A DNA stretch of 64,000 bases, from NCBI GenBank assembly GCA_964636355.1, contig CAZWRG010000006.1, positions 660-64,659 of the forward strand. Direction: 5' to 3'. The position numbers were made by a program, and so were the translations under genes. Positions 1-7,274 of this stretch are shown piece after piece. The notes beneath the pieces were generated by a model. That model had not been told where the DNA came from and searched no databases. It worked only from the letters and a program-made list of their open reading frames with translations. Source of the DNA: an uncultured Candidatus Saccharibacteria bacterium (lineage in GTDB: Bacteria; Patescibacteriota; Saccharimonadia; Saccharimonadales; JAGQNK01). Every line of letters starts with the position of its first letter. Within the stretch, counting starts at the first letter, position 1.

Positions 1-204
1 ATCCCAACCATGCTCAGTCATGTCAGCTTGCATGCCAGTGGCGATATTGTGATCAACGACTCGAATCATCTCGGTTTTAGCTCCTAACGATTCAGCCAGC
101 CTGGCAGCTGATTTCATGAGCCCTTCGGTGTGACTGGTTTCCGGTGATTTCTTAAGCGTGCCATTAAAAAACAAAACTGAAGTATCTGAAAAATTCGAAG
201 GCAT
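1..204 (-). CDS. Flavodoxin-fold NAD(P)H-dependent FMN reductase-like protein, N-terminal 68 codons only (gene runs off left edge)
   Basis: Own translation from ATG at 204: MPSNFSDTSVLFFNGTLKKSPETSHTEGLMKSAARLAESLGAKTEMIRVVDHNIATGMQADMTEHGWD, open to base 1. The LFFNGTLKKSP..S.T pattern is typical of the FMN_red family. Absent from the ORF track because it is truncated. Confidence 0.45.
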   Translation of the reverse strand, partial: MPSNFSDTSVLFFNGTLKKSPETSHTEGLMKSAARLAESLGAKTEMIRVVDHNIATGMQADMTEHGWD

Positions 205-491
205 AATTAATCCTTTATCGATATTGGTTTTTTTGTTCAGACCCCATTTTTGGCGCTTGCGGCGCTTTGCCGGCTTTGTTGTTCTGCTTTGGATTGTGCT
301 TAGAGTATTTATCGGCTTTGTGCTTGTTCATAACGCCTCCCTAGATAGTTACTAAATATCGTTAGTGATGTAAATCAAGTTTAGCGTGCCGCCACCAAAG
401 AGGATGTCAAATTTGTTACAAACCGTTTTCCTTTTTAGCATTGTTTGTTGGATCTATTTTTATAACAAGTTTTTAAGGTATAATTCAGTGA

Positions 492-1067
492 ATGAAAACT
501 GTATACTTCGCCACCTCAAACCCAGATAAAATACAAATTGCATATGCTGTGTGCGCCGATGTCAATATAGACGTAAAGCCGGTCTCGCTTGAAATTGACG
601 AAATTCAGGGTGAGGATCCTGAGGTGATTGTTCGTGATAAGGCAAGCCGTGCCTTCGAGCAGCTAAATATGCCCGTGGTGGTTAGTGATGATACCTGGGA
701 CATACCTGCACTCAAAGGCTTCCCTGGCGCCTACATGAAATCAATAAATTACTGGTTTAGGCCAGAAGATTTCTTGAGGCTTATGAATGGCGTCGAAGAC
801 AGGCGCATAACACTTCATCAGTACTTAGCCTATACGGACGGCAATGTGACAGAAGTTTTCAAAAATGATATTCCGGGTCAAATAATTCATGAAGCACGCG
901 GTAAGAACGAAAAATCGCCAAATATGATGGTTATAGCCCTAGACTCAGATAACGGCAAAACTATCGCTGAGGTTTTGGAACAAGGTGAAGAGGCTGTAAT
1001 TGCTCGCTACAAGAACGGACCCGACGCCTGGCACGAGTTTGCCGATTGGTATAAAAATATTCAGTAG
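492..1067 (+). CDS. Non-canonical purine NTP pyrophosphatase (Ham1/RdgB/ITPase family)
   Basis: 191 aa. FATSNPDK near the N-terminus, EIQGEDPE, and DDTWDIPALKGFPGAY resemble Ham1 family motifs. Confidence 0.7.
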   Translation: MKTVYFATSNPDKIQIAYAVCADVNIDVKPVSLEIDEIQGEDPEVIVRDKASRAFEQLNMPVVVSDDTWDIPALKGFPGAYMKSINYWFRPEDFLRLMNGVEDRRITLHQYLAYTDGNVTEVFKNDIPGQIIHEARGKNEKSPNMMVIALDSDNGKTIAEVLEQGEEAVIARYKNGPDAWHEFADWYKNIQ

Positions 1068-1275
1068 CGTAAATGCTTACTGGATTCTTTTCAGAATAAA
1101 TGCGTGCCCCTGCCCACCTCTAACGGACATACTTCACAACTCATTATGAAGAGGCTGCGATTCAAGGCCGTCCGCTATAGTGTTGGCTGCTTAAAAGCTC
1201 GCAAAATTCAGTGGTTAGCCTTTTTAATCAATTTGCATCAGGCGATTACTCTGGTTGATGCAATCTATTAATTCC

Positions 1276-1644
1276 TTAGTTTTTTTCGAATACTTTGTGA
1301 AAATGGCCTGCAGCATCTTTTGCTCCTTCTTCTAGGGCAGAAAGTCCTGACTCGACTGTTGCTTGGGCGGCCAAGAGACGGCTTTGTGATGGATCAGATG
1401 GATTTACTGTAATATTATGTAACAGAGCCAGATTCCCAACTACTACCGCTTCAGCTGACTCCCGGGTACTCCAAGTTTCGCTAACCTCCCCGCCAACATA
1501 AATTGGAACCCTGTCTAACAGATCCGCTCTGTCTAATAGGCGCAAGCCAACTCTTGCACGAGCAGCTTCATCATTTGTTATGCTGTATTTTTCGGTAATA
1601 TTGATCCGATCAACATTGTTTATTATTAAACCTTTAAATTCCAT
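1276..1644 (-). CDS. Hypothetical protein (122 aa)
   Basis: ORF 1276..1668. The ATG at 1644 is preceded by AGGAG (attaggagaatgtATG). No family recognised. Confidence 0.5.
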   Translation of the reverse strand: MEFKGLIINNVDRINITEKYSITNDEAARARVGLRLLDRADLLDRVPIYVGGEVSETWSTRESAEAVVVGNLALLHNITVNPSDPSQSRLLAAQATVESGLSALEEGAKDAAGHFHKVFEKN

Positions 1645-1740
1645 ACATTCTCCTAATATGATTTCCAATTATTATCACGAAAATGACTCTTAAGCAAGCA
1701 TGAGCTAAATAGTTTAAATAAATTATTGCTTGAACACACA

Positions 1741-1772
1741 AAAAGGTCAGAACTGTGAAAATGGTTCTGACC
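1741..1772 (-). terminator. Rho-independent terminator downstream of the DUF1697 gene
   Basis: GGTCAGAAC (1745-1753) pairs with GTTCTGACC (1764-1772). It is followed by TTTTT on the minus strand. Confidence 0.6.
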
Positions 1773-1789
1773 TTACCTACTTGGGCTTA

Positions 1790-1819
1790 GCTCACCACGA
1801 TCAGAGGAAGTTATAACTG
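1790..1819. repeat. Module-boundary repeat, copy A core
   Basis: GCTCACCACGATCAGAGGAAGTTATAACTG. Near-identical core in copies B and C. Contains the palindrome AGTTATAACT. Confidence 0.7.
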
Positions 1820-1881
1820 TTATCAAGATGGACTTAGCCACAAATTAGTGACCTTGGCCTGTTCGTATTGAGGCGAAACGA

Positions 1882-2415
1882 TTATGAATCTAAGCGCTCC
1901 TGGATCTTTCTGACAGTGTTACAGTTACGAACGGTCATATTGCGGTATAGGTCGGTGCCTACTATCTTCATCATCCCACTCTTTGTTACATTTTTTCTAT
2001 CAACTTTCCAAACTAGAGCACCGTGCACATACTTTACTTCATCAATTCCGGGTTTTATTGTGAGTTGTTCAATGACTGATTCGTCATGATATTTATCCCA
2101 AAGAAACATCACATCACATTTCATCTCGCTGCCGTTGGTCCATTTGATCGGTATTGAACGGACTATTGCATCAATATTTTCTTTATTCCTGAGCAGGACT
2201 TTTATATCCAGGCCAAATTCATTATTTATAAGCTGTTCAAGTTTCGTAGTAAGGTTTGCTTCAGAGTCATTTGAAGTAAAAAATATATTTCCACTATTGA
2301 TATAGGTCGAAACTTCATTGAAGCCAGCTTTGCTCATAGCGACTATGAGCTGTTTCATGTCAATTTTATTATTACCGCCAACATTTACTCCTCTAAGTAA
2401 CGCAACGTATTTCAT
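1882..2415 (-). CDS. DUF1697 family protein
   Basis: 177 aa. The N-terminal MKYVALLRGVNVGGNNKIDMKQL is the hallmark DUF1697 start. Confidence 0.75.
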   Translation of the reverse strand: MKYVALLRGVNVGGNNKIDMKQLIVAMSKAGFNEVSTYINSGNIFFTSNDSEANLTTKLEQLINNEFGLDIKVLLRNKENIDAIVRSIPIKWTNGSEMKCDVMFLWDKYHDESVIEQLTIKPGIDEVKYVHGALVWKVDRKNVTKSGMMKIVGTDLYRNMTVRNCNTVRKIQERLDS

Positions 2416-2431
2416 GTCTATATCATATCCT

Positions 2432-2460
2432 AAAACAAAAACAGAGGCAGAATATCTCTG
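2432..2460 (-). terminator. Rho-independent terminator-like hairpin
   Basis: CAGAG (2442-2446) pairs with CTCTG (2456-2460). TTTTTGTTTT follows on the minus strand. It sits next to repeat copy B. Confidence 0.45.
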
Positions 2461-2481
2461 TTAATATTGGTTCTAACCTTG

Positions 2482-2510
2482 GCTCGCAACGCTAGAGGGA
2501 GTTATAGCTG
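2482..2510. repeat. Module-boundary repeat, copy B core
   Basis: GCTCGCAACGCTAGAGGGAGTTATAGCTG. Preceded by GGTTCTAACC-TTGG, which is homologous to the copy A/D terminator arm plus CTTGG. Confidence 0.65.
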
Positions 2511-2572
2511 CGATAAAGAAAGACAGGCACCAAGGTGAGTAAGTTGCACAGTATTGACTAAAGTTAAAGAAT

Positions 2573-2923
2573 ATGCTATATATGTTAAATATGAGCATAC
2601 AAAAAGCTATTAGAGATATTGATGAAGGTGTTCGTGCTCGATTTTTAGACGGTAATCCCGTGGAGCTGCATCTTCGAGGACATCATCCTGATTTTGAAGT
2701 CGAAGAAACCCGCTACGGGCTTAGTTTTTCGATACTTGAAAGAAGTTCGATTAATCTTGTAGGTAGTTACTCTGTCAGAAATATCGTTACTATCGACGAT
2801 CCTGTGGTTATTTATGATGGCGCCCATTACTACAGTAATGACATTTTCGGCTCTTTCGTCAGTACTAAGACACTAAATCGTATTTCTTCAGAGCTTGGTC
2901 TTCCTTATACTTTTTCTCGATAA
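2573..2923 (+). CDS. Hypothetical protein (116 aa), the only plus-strand gene in the module array
   Basis: Longest ORF in this interval. Copy B could supply a -35 TTGGCT / -10 TATAGC promoter 60 nt upstream. No family recognised. Confidence 0.4.
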   Translation: MLYMLNMSIQKAIRDIDEGVRARFLDGNPVELHLRGHHPDFEVEETRYGLSFSILERSSINLVGSYSVRNIVTIDDPVVIYDGAHYYSNDIFGSFVSTKTLNRISSELGLPYTFSR

Positions 2924-3043
2924 TTATGGATCAATGGCATTATAAGCGTTGTCAATTGGCTTGCTCGGTCAAGACTTTCTGAAATTTTAAGCAACCTAAT
3001 GCAAGCCACCGATAATCTCATTAGCTGTCTTTATAGTCTTTAT

Positions 3044-3073
3044 CACTCACAACGATAGAGGAAGTTATAACCG
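3044..3073. repeat. Module-boundary repeat, copy C core
   Basis: CACTCACAACGATAGAGGAAGTTATAACCG. Starts 15 nt beyond the stop of the DUF1761 gene. Confidence 0.7.
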
Positions 3074-3087
3074 CAACAAAACAGGAT

Positions 3088-3513
3088 TTAGCTAAGCAAG
3101 CCTATCGTTAGACCTATTAAAGCAAACTCTACAACCACCCAAGTAGTATCAATCCACATTAACTTAAACGGACGTAATGCAAACGCGTACAAAACTATTA
3201 GCTGTGAAGCGGCTAGTCCAGCACCTATAACTGCACCGTCAAATAACCCATCAAACCATCCTTGAGTATCTGTGAGAATAACATTGAGCATAAACGCTCC
3301 AAATACGCTTGCCACAAGAACTATAGGCAAAATACGACTCATGTATGCCTTTTCAATATCTTTAGCCTTCACCCCGACGGCTTCCATCCAAGCCTTTCCT
3401 GCAAGACTGTTGCTGTACCAAACGAAACTCCACACCATACTAACGACAGCCGAGACCCCCACAGCTAGCCAGTTCACATTGCTCAACATTGCTGATAAAT
3501 CCATTTTTGCCAC
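3088..3513 (-). CDS. DUF1761 family membrane protein
   Basis: 141 aa with about 4 TM segments. NWLAVGVSAVVSMVWSFVWYSNSLAGKAWMEAVG matches the DUF1761 N-terminal pattern. Confidence 0.65.
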   Translation of the reverse strand: MAKMDLSAMLSNVNWLAVGVSAVVSMVWSFVWYSNSLAGKAWMEAVGVKAKDIEKAYMSRILPIVLVASVFGAFMLNVILTDTQGWFDGLFDGAVIGAGLAASQLIVLYAFALRPFKLMWIDTTWVVVEFALIGLTIGLLS

Positions 3514-3569
3514 TCCTACTTATTGAGCTAATTATCTCATAAAAAAGTTCCTACTCAACTCTGGGTATA

Positions 3570-3600
3570 TAAAAAATCAGAACCGAATTAACAGTTCTGA
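3570..3600 (-). terminator. Rho-independent terminator downstream of the 3709..4161 gene
   Basis: TCAGAAC (3577-3583) pairs with GTTCTGA (3594-3600). TTTTTT follows on the minus strand. The stem sequence is homologous to the 1741-1772 terminator. Confidence 0.6.
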
Positions 3601-3613
3601 CTTCGTCTAGTAC

Positions 3614-3628
3614 GGCTTGGCTCACATT
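3614..3628. repeat. Module-boundary repeat, copy D (left part only, degenerate)
   Basis: GGCTTGGCTCACATT matches the CTTGGCT..GCTCAC part of copies A and B. The GAGGAAGTTATAAC part is lost. Confidence 0.45.
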
Positions 3629-3708
3629 GGCAGACGCATTGCGAACAGCAAGCGTAGATTACGATGATTACAAGCTGAAATTTATCAAAGAAGTGTTGAT
3701 ATAAGACA

Positions 3709-4161
3709 TTAGACTGTTAGTAGTCTAGATGGTTCGATGTCTAGGTCTCTAAGTTCTTCTGGTACTTCTGCTGAAGCATGAAGCATTAGAGCATTTTTAT
3801 CTATAGTGCCAACAAAATATCCCATTAGAATTCTAGGTCCAAATTGGGGCATCCTCGATGCACCTGTATTATCTAGGAACATGTGTCCGTCATCGCTAAA
3901 TTGACCCATTGCGTCATCAATCTCTCCACTATTATCTGGTGCATACATAGTGAAGTCTACATGCCATCGGTCTTCTGAAATTTGTTCTGCTGACCTAATT
4001 CCAGCTGGAGACTCAACTGCATAATCTGGTGCCCCTGGAGGAAGCATGATTCTTATAGTGTACAAACCTAAACGCTGTAGTCGTTGTGGTTCAACCCTAA
4101 GTATCTTATCTGCCTCGTATACCTGCTCAGGAAGTGCTCTAACATATCGTTCTTTGCTCAT
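3709..4161 (-). CDS. Hypothetical protein (150 aa)
   Basis: ORF with a leaderless-type promoter: GACAAT at 4174-4169, then 7 nt, then ATG at 4161. No family recognised. Confidence 0.5.
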   Translation of the reverse strand: MSKERYVRALPEQVYEADKILRVEPQRLQRLGLYTIRIMLPPGAPDYAVESPAGIRSAEQISEDRWHVDFTMYAPDNSGEIDDAMGQFSDDGHMFLDNTGASRMPQFGPRILMGYFVGTIDKNALMLHASAEVPEELRDLDIEPSRLLTV

Positions 4162-4269
4162 TGGTAGTATTGTCTAGAAAATTCATAACCTTTGCAAGCA
4201 TAAGGATTAACAGAGACACGAATTCGAAAGCTAGATTTGGGTTATTAAATATAACAGATGTAAAATTCA

Positions 4270-4340
4270 TGGCTCCGGCGACTGGATTCGAACCAAGCGT
4301 TTCTACCACCTGATTTTTAGGCTCGCTTTACTTTAGCTTA
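4270..4340 (-). pseudogene. tRNA 3' remnant (T-arm plus acceptor 3' strand plus CCA), no 5' half
   Basis: Minus-sense ...GCGAGCCTAAAAATCAGGTGGTAGAAACGCTTGGTTCGAATCCAGTCGCCGGAGCCA. It has a TTCGAAT T-loop and a CCA end. No matching 5' acceptor (TCCGGCG) and no canonical anticodon loop. Confidence 0.5.
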
Positions 4341-4362
4341 CATCCGTTGATTGTCAAACTGA

Positions 4363-5403
4363 TTATTGAATTACTCGAACTTTTTTAAAGTTTTTACCGC
4401 TCAATCCGTCAATCTGCACATCTTCAAAGCTAAACTTAGTTTTTTCCAGTTGGCTTGGCGAAAGTATGACTTGTCTATAGCTATCAGCTTTAGGTTGTAG
4501 TACACCAACACCTACCCAGAACTTCATAATTGAACTTTTAGTTGTACCGACTGAAATCGTAGTGCCAGACGGTAGTGGTTGCGTGAACGCCATAACCTTT
4601 TCTGGCCTTCCTTTGTGATAACCAGGCTCCGCTTTAGTAGCCATATAGGCATTATGCAAGTGAAAGACTTTCTCTTGCCATTTATGGTCTTTTAACTGTT
4701 CGTCAGTCGCTTTAGTATTAAGCTCAACCATAGCTCTTTGAGCGTCATTAAGTTCAGGCAAGCCACCAGGCGTTTCTGCTGTTAGTTTTTCTAAGTTTGC
4801 TTGTAATGACTTATCAAAGGCTTCTTCTGACGAGAACTGACCGCCGACGGTTGTTATTGTCATTTTTAGGTTGCTAGGCTGGTACGACTTTAGAAAATCT
4901 ATGAGTGATTGGTAGCTGTCTATGTAAGCCCGAATGTCCGACATCGGTATGTTGTCTAGGCGGTTAATAATGTAGTCGTCAACAAAGAAATCAAACCATA
5001 CACCTGGCTCGTAAATCTCGCAAACAGGCTTTACCCAGTTTGAATAGTACATAAGTGAAAAAAGCTCTGCCCAATCAGTTTCAGGAGCTTCTTCTAGTCG
5101 CCATAGTTTATATGCGCCGTGTAGAAACGTTACATTAATCGGTTCGTTATTTTCGACATTAAGCTGGATGGCCTTCCTGACACTTTTTTGCAAGTCTTCA
5201 TTCGCTGAATACTTACGGAACTTTTTGGACATCAAAGCCTTAAAAATAGCTTCCACCAACTCATCGGTATTATCGGGCTTCTTTAATCCGGTCGGCTGTT
5301 TCAGTTCTTTAAGTTTTGTCTGTATATATTCTTGTGCTGTCATAATAATTTGGAGATGCGAGGCAGACATTAACCTGCCGTATGTAGCTTTGCAAGCTAC
5401 CAC
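4363..5403 (-). CDS. Hypothetical protein (up to 346 aa, start uncertain)
   Basis: Long ORF. In-frame starts at 5403 (GTG), 5370 and 5343 (MTAQEYIQ...). A TACAATCTGTTACAAT promoter-like element lies upstream. No family recognised with confidence. Confidence 0.6.
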   Translation of the reverse strand: MVACKATYGRLMSASHLQIIMTAQEYIQTKLKELKQPTGLKKPDNTDELVEAIFKALMSKKFRKYSANEDLQKSVRKAIQLNVENNEPINVTFLHGAYKLWRLEEAPETDWAELFSLMYYSNWVKPVCEIYEPGVWFDFFVDDYIINRLDNIPMSDIRAYIDSYQSLIDFLKSYQPSNLKMTITTVGGQFSSEEAFDKSLQANLEKLTAETPGGLPELNDAQRAMVELNTKATDEQLKDHKWQEKVFHLHNAYMATKAEPGYHKGRPEKVMAFTQPLPSGTTISVGTTKSSIMKFWVGVGVLQPKADSYRQVILSPSQLEKTKFSFEDVQIDGLSGKNFKKVRVIQ

Positions 5404-5583
5404 CTATTCTCGGTCATCGCATCGATAATATTGTAACAGATTGTAGGCAGTAGGTCGGTCTAAGAACCCAGTCAGTTTTTCGCCTGCTCAGTCGCTATAA
5501 GGCTGACAGGTCAGTTTCGGAACCAGATTACAGAGGCAAGTTGACTAATCACGATCGTTTTACCGGTTCCAACCGATTCAGAA

Positions 5584-5610
5584 GGTATAGGAACTGGACT
5601 CGAACCCTCC
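5584..5610 (-). pseudogene. Degenerate tRNA T-arm remnant
   Basis: Minus-sense GGAGGGTTCGAGTCCAGTTCCTATACC. It shares GGTTCGARTCCAGT with the 4270 remnant. T-stem pairing is broken. Confidence 0.35.
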
Positions 5611-5641
5611 AACAGGGGTAAATATGCAAGAAGTAAACTCC

Positions 5642-5675
5642 AAAATAAAGAAAGACCGGTCTAGGACACCGGTCT
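5642..5675 (-). terminator. Rho-independent terminator after tRNA-Asn-like copy (i)
   Basis: AGACCGGT (5653-5660) pairs with ACCGGTCT (5668-5675). TTCTTTATTTT follows on the minus strand. Confidence 0.55.
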
Positions 5676-5695
5676 ACCTCTGTTAGTGCTTGATC

Positions 5696-5779
5696 TGGCT
5701 CGGGAGGCCGGAATACTAGGGTATAATCCGCCCGTCTGCGAGCTATAGCTCGCGGGGGATTAGCGAACTCGGCAACCTT
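5696..5779 (-). pseudogene. tRNA-Asn 3' half copy (i), with a roughly 50-nt insertion in the T-loop
   Basis: Minus-sense AAGGTTGCCGAGTTCG[insert containing the GCGAGCTATAGCTCGC hairpin]TCCGGCCTCCCGAGCCA. The last 17 nt are identical to the tRNA-Asn 3' end. AGGTTGCCG matches its variable loop and T-stem. Confidence 0.6.
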
Positions 5780-5833
5780 ACATCGACTAAAATCGCTGTG
5801 GTTGCCTAGGTCCAAGCTCGACACCGGAAGCAA

Positions 5834-5860
5834 GAAAAAACGAGTCCAAAAGGACCCGTC
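5834..5860 (-). terminator. Rho-independent terminator after tRNA-Asn-like copy (ii)
   Basis: ACGAGTCC (5840-5847) pairs with GGACCCGT (5852-5859), with one G-U pair. TTTTTT follows on the minus strand. Confidence 0.55.
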
Positions 5861-5866
5861 TTTTCC

Positions 5867-5884
5867 TGGCTCGGGAGGCCGGAC
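5867..5884 (-). repeat. 18-nt exact copy (ii) of the tRNA-Asn 3' end
   Basis: TGGCTCGGGAGGCCGGAC equals 6057-6074. The preceding roughly 115 nt (to 6001) are hairpin-rich and begin with TCGGGAT, which resembles the tRNA 5' acceptor TCGGGAG. Confidence 0.7.
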
Positions 5885-6013
5885 AGCGGGTTTCACCCTT
5901 TTCCGCTTGCTTGAAAAGAAAATACCTTTGGTGCTTTCTTTTCTTCACTTCGCTTCACCGAACCGCTTTTGCCGAGGCAAAAGTTCCGGTTCGCATCCCG
6001 ATTCTTACGAATC

Positions 6014-6050
6014 AAAAGAAAAACGTCCAAACCTATAAGGCCTGGACGTT
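6014..6050 (-). terminator. Rho-independent terminator after tRNA-Asn
   Basis: AACGTCCA (6022-6029) pairs with TGGACGTT (6043-6050). TTTTTCTTTT follows on the minus strand. Confidence 0.6.
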
Positions 6051-6056
6051 ATTCTT

Positions 6057-6131
6057 TGGCTCGGGAGGCCGGACTCGAACCGGCAACCTCGAAGTTAACA
6101 GCTTCTTGCTCCACCATTGAGCTACTCCCGA
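6057..6131 (-). tRNA. tRNA-Asn (anticodon GTT), CCA encoded
   Basis: Minus-sense TCGGGAGTAGCTCAATGGTGGAGCAAGAAGCTGTTAACTTCGAGGTTGCCGGTTCGAGTCCGGCCTCCCGAGCCA. Cloverleaf folds by hand. Anticodon loop is CTGTTAA. U1-A72 as in E. coli tRNA-Asn. Confidence 0.9.
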
Positions 6132-6308
6132 ATATCTATTGTAAAAATATAAATGTACTTTACGGTAGTAGCCATGGTGTCGCAAGATTGCTCCACTCTT
6201 ACCTATTAAAAGCTACTCCCGAATATATAATCTAAAATTTGAATGTGCTTGAGAGTAGTCATGGTTGAGCAAGATTGCTCCACTCTTACCTATTAAAAGC
6301 TACTCCGA
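6132..6308 (-). repeat. Two tandem ~88-bp units, each an AT-rich promoter-like spacer plus a tRNA-Asn 5' part copy
   Basis: GCAAGATTGCTCCACTCTTACCTATTAAAAGCTACTCC(C)GA occurs at 6183-6222 and 6269-6308. It keeps the acceptor 5' strand and D-stem (TTGCTCCAC) of tRNA-Asn, with an enlarged D-loop. Confidence 0.7.
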
Positions 6309-6317
6309 ATATAATTG

Positions 6318-6352
6318 AGTTAGAAAGTTAGAAAGTTAGAAAGTTAGAAAGT
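6318..6352. repeat. Microsatellite (AGTTAGAA) x4
   Basis: Direct reading: agttagaaagttagaaagttagaaagttagaaagt. Confidence 0.9.
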
Positions 6353-6488
6353 GTTTTCTGTGTGCTTTGGCGCTTTGGCTTGCGACAACTGCTGAATTAT
6401 ACCTAACAGAGACAGAACTGGCAATACCATGTGAAGGTTTTGTGTTGAGCGGTCTCTATGCTGCTTTCTCTACGAAAGAGATTCGTTC

Positions 6489-6683
6489 TTAGTGATCTTC
6501 AAGCGTGTCAGTATGTTCATTGGATTTTTCTAAAGCAGGAGAAACAACCTCGATGATTTGATCTATTTTTTCAGTTGTTTTCTCATGCAGACCCTCTAGT
6601 CTACGAACACTGTCCTGTAATTGCTTTTGCCCTTTGTGTAGGGCTGACAATGTCTTTAGTGTGGCATCTTCGAAATCATTCAT
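6489..6683 (-). CDS. Hypothetical small coiled-coil protein (64 aa) coupled to smpB
   Basis: Its ATG overlaps the smpB stop (ATGA at 6680-6683). Acidic, heptad-like sequence. No family recognised. Confidence 0.45.
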   Translation of the reverse strand: MNDFEDATLKTLSALHKGQKQLQDSVRRLEGLHEKTTEKIDQIIEVVSPALEKSNEHTDTLEDH

Positions 6684-7150
6684 GAGTATGTTTTAATGCG
6701 GTCGGTTTCGCGTTGTTGGTCTTTTTTCTTGAGGGTTTGGCGCTTGTCGTATTGTTTTTTCCCGCGTCCAGCCGAGATGCGAAGTTTTATGTAGCGGCCG
6801 CCGGTTAGAATTTCTAGCGGTACAATTGTCTTTCCCTGTTGTTTGGCAGCGATAAGCTCATCGATTTCTTTTCTTTTGGCCAGCAGTTTACGTGACCTGG
6901 TTTGTTGCTCTTCAGGAATTTTAGCCGAATTATCTCCGGTAATAGTGGCGTTTAGCAGCCATAACTCGCCGTCCTTTACAGTGACATATGCGCCGCGAAT
7001 GTGACCATGACCGCGCCGCAGAGATTTGGTTTCAGCTCCAGTCAGCTCAATGCCCACGATCAAACCATCACCTAGCTCATAATCATGTCTGGCGCGGCGG
7101 TTAGATATTTTTTTGGTTTGATTTGGCTTCTTTGCCTTTTTCTTGGCCAT
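6680..7150 (-). CDS. smpB: SsrA-binding protein SmpB
   Basis: 156 aa. NRRARHDYEL, GIELTGAETKSLR and a basic C-terminal tail are typical of SmpB. Confidence 0.9.
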   Translation of the reverse strand: MAKKKAKKPNQTKKISNRRARHDYELGDGLIVGIELTGAETKSLRRGHGHIRGAYVTVKDGELWLLNATITGDNSAKIPEEQQTRSRKLLAKRKEIDELIAAKQQGKTIVPLEILTGGRYIKLRISAGRGKKQYDKRQTLKKKDQQRETDRIKTYS

Positions 7151-7274
7151 AATTGTTATATTTTACGCTATTTCCCCGCTATTGTATATGGACAAAAGAC
7201 AATAAGTATGGCGGAATAATTTTATATTGTGCTAACTGCAGCGTCGTTTGGGCAATGTCCGAATAAAGCACGGC

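Noticed and set aside
158-355. Track ORF 158..355(+), 65 aa
   Set aside because: It overlaps the start of the minus-strand flavodoxin-like gene. Its product is a low-complexity hydrophobic/basic peptide and it has no RBS.
1790-3073. Integron attC sites or Xer dif-like sites as the identity of the module-boundary repeat
   Set aside because: I could not find the paired RYYYAAC ... GTTRRRY inverted core sites of attC, and no intI is present. The minus-sense ACTTCCTCT resembles the left arm of B. subtilis dif (ACTTCCTAGAA), but no second TTATGTnAAnT-like arm follows at 6-nt spacing. I kept it only as an unexplained direct repeat.
3262-3526. Plus-strand ORFs 3262..3468 and 3272..3526
   Set aside because: They are antisense shadows of the DUF1761 membrane protein gene, which has a recognisable family signature.
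4270-4340. A functional tRNA gene at 4270-4340
   Set aside because: The T-stem has a terminal mismatch. No 5' acceptor strand complementary to CGCCGGA exists upstream. The only candidate anticodon loop (AAAAATC) lacks U33.
5549-6235. Track ORFs 5549..5896(-), 5802..6038(+), 5911..6120(+) and 5969..6235(+)
   Set aside because: They run through tRNA-Asn, its partial copies and three intrinsic terminators. They have no RBS and low-complexity products. I treat them as non-coding.
6318-6352. CRISPR array (also considered for 17376-17403 and the tRNA-flanking repeats)
   Set aside because: The repeat units are 7-8 nt with no spacers, or 88-122 bp tRNA-derived units. No 25-40 nt repeat/spacer periodicity exists and there are no cas genes.
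6350-7274. Search for a tmRNA (ssrA) next to smpB, including whether the CCA-ending tRNA-Asn-like copies at 5696-6001 could be a tmRNA
   Set aside because: There is no GGGG...UUCGAC 5' end, no G3:U70 alanine identity pair (the acceptor is U1-A72/G3-C70, as in tRNA-Asn), the discriminator is G rather than A, and no plausible tag ORF ends in a stop.
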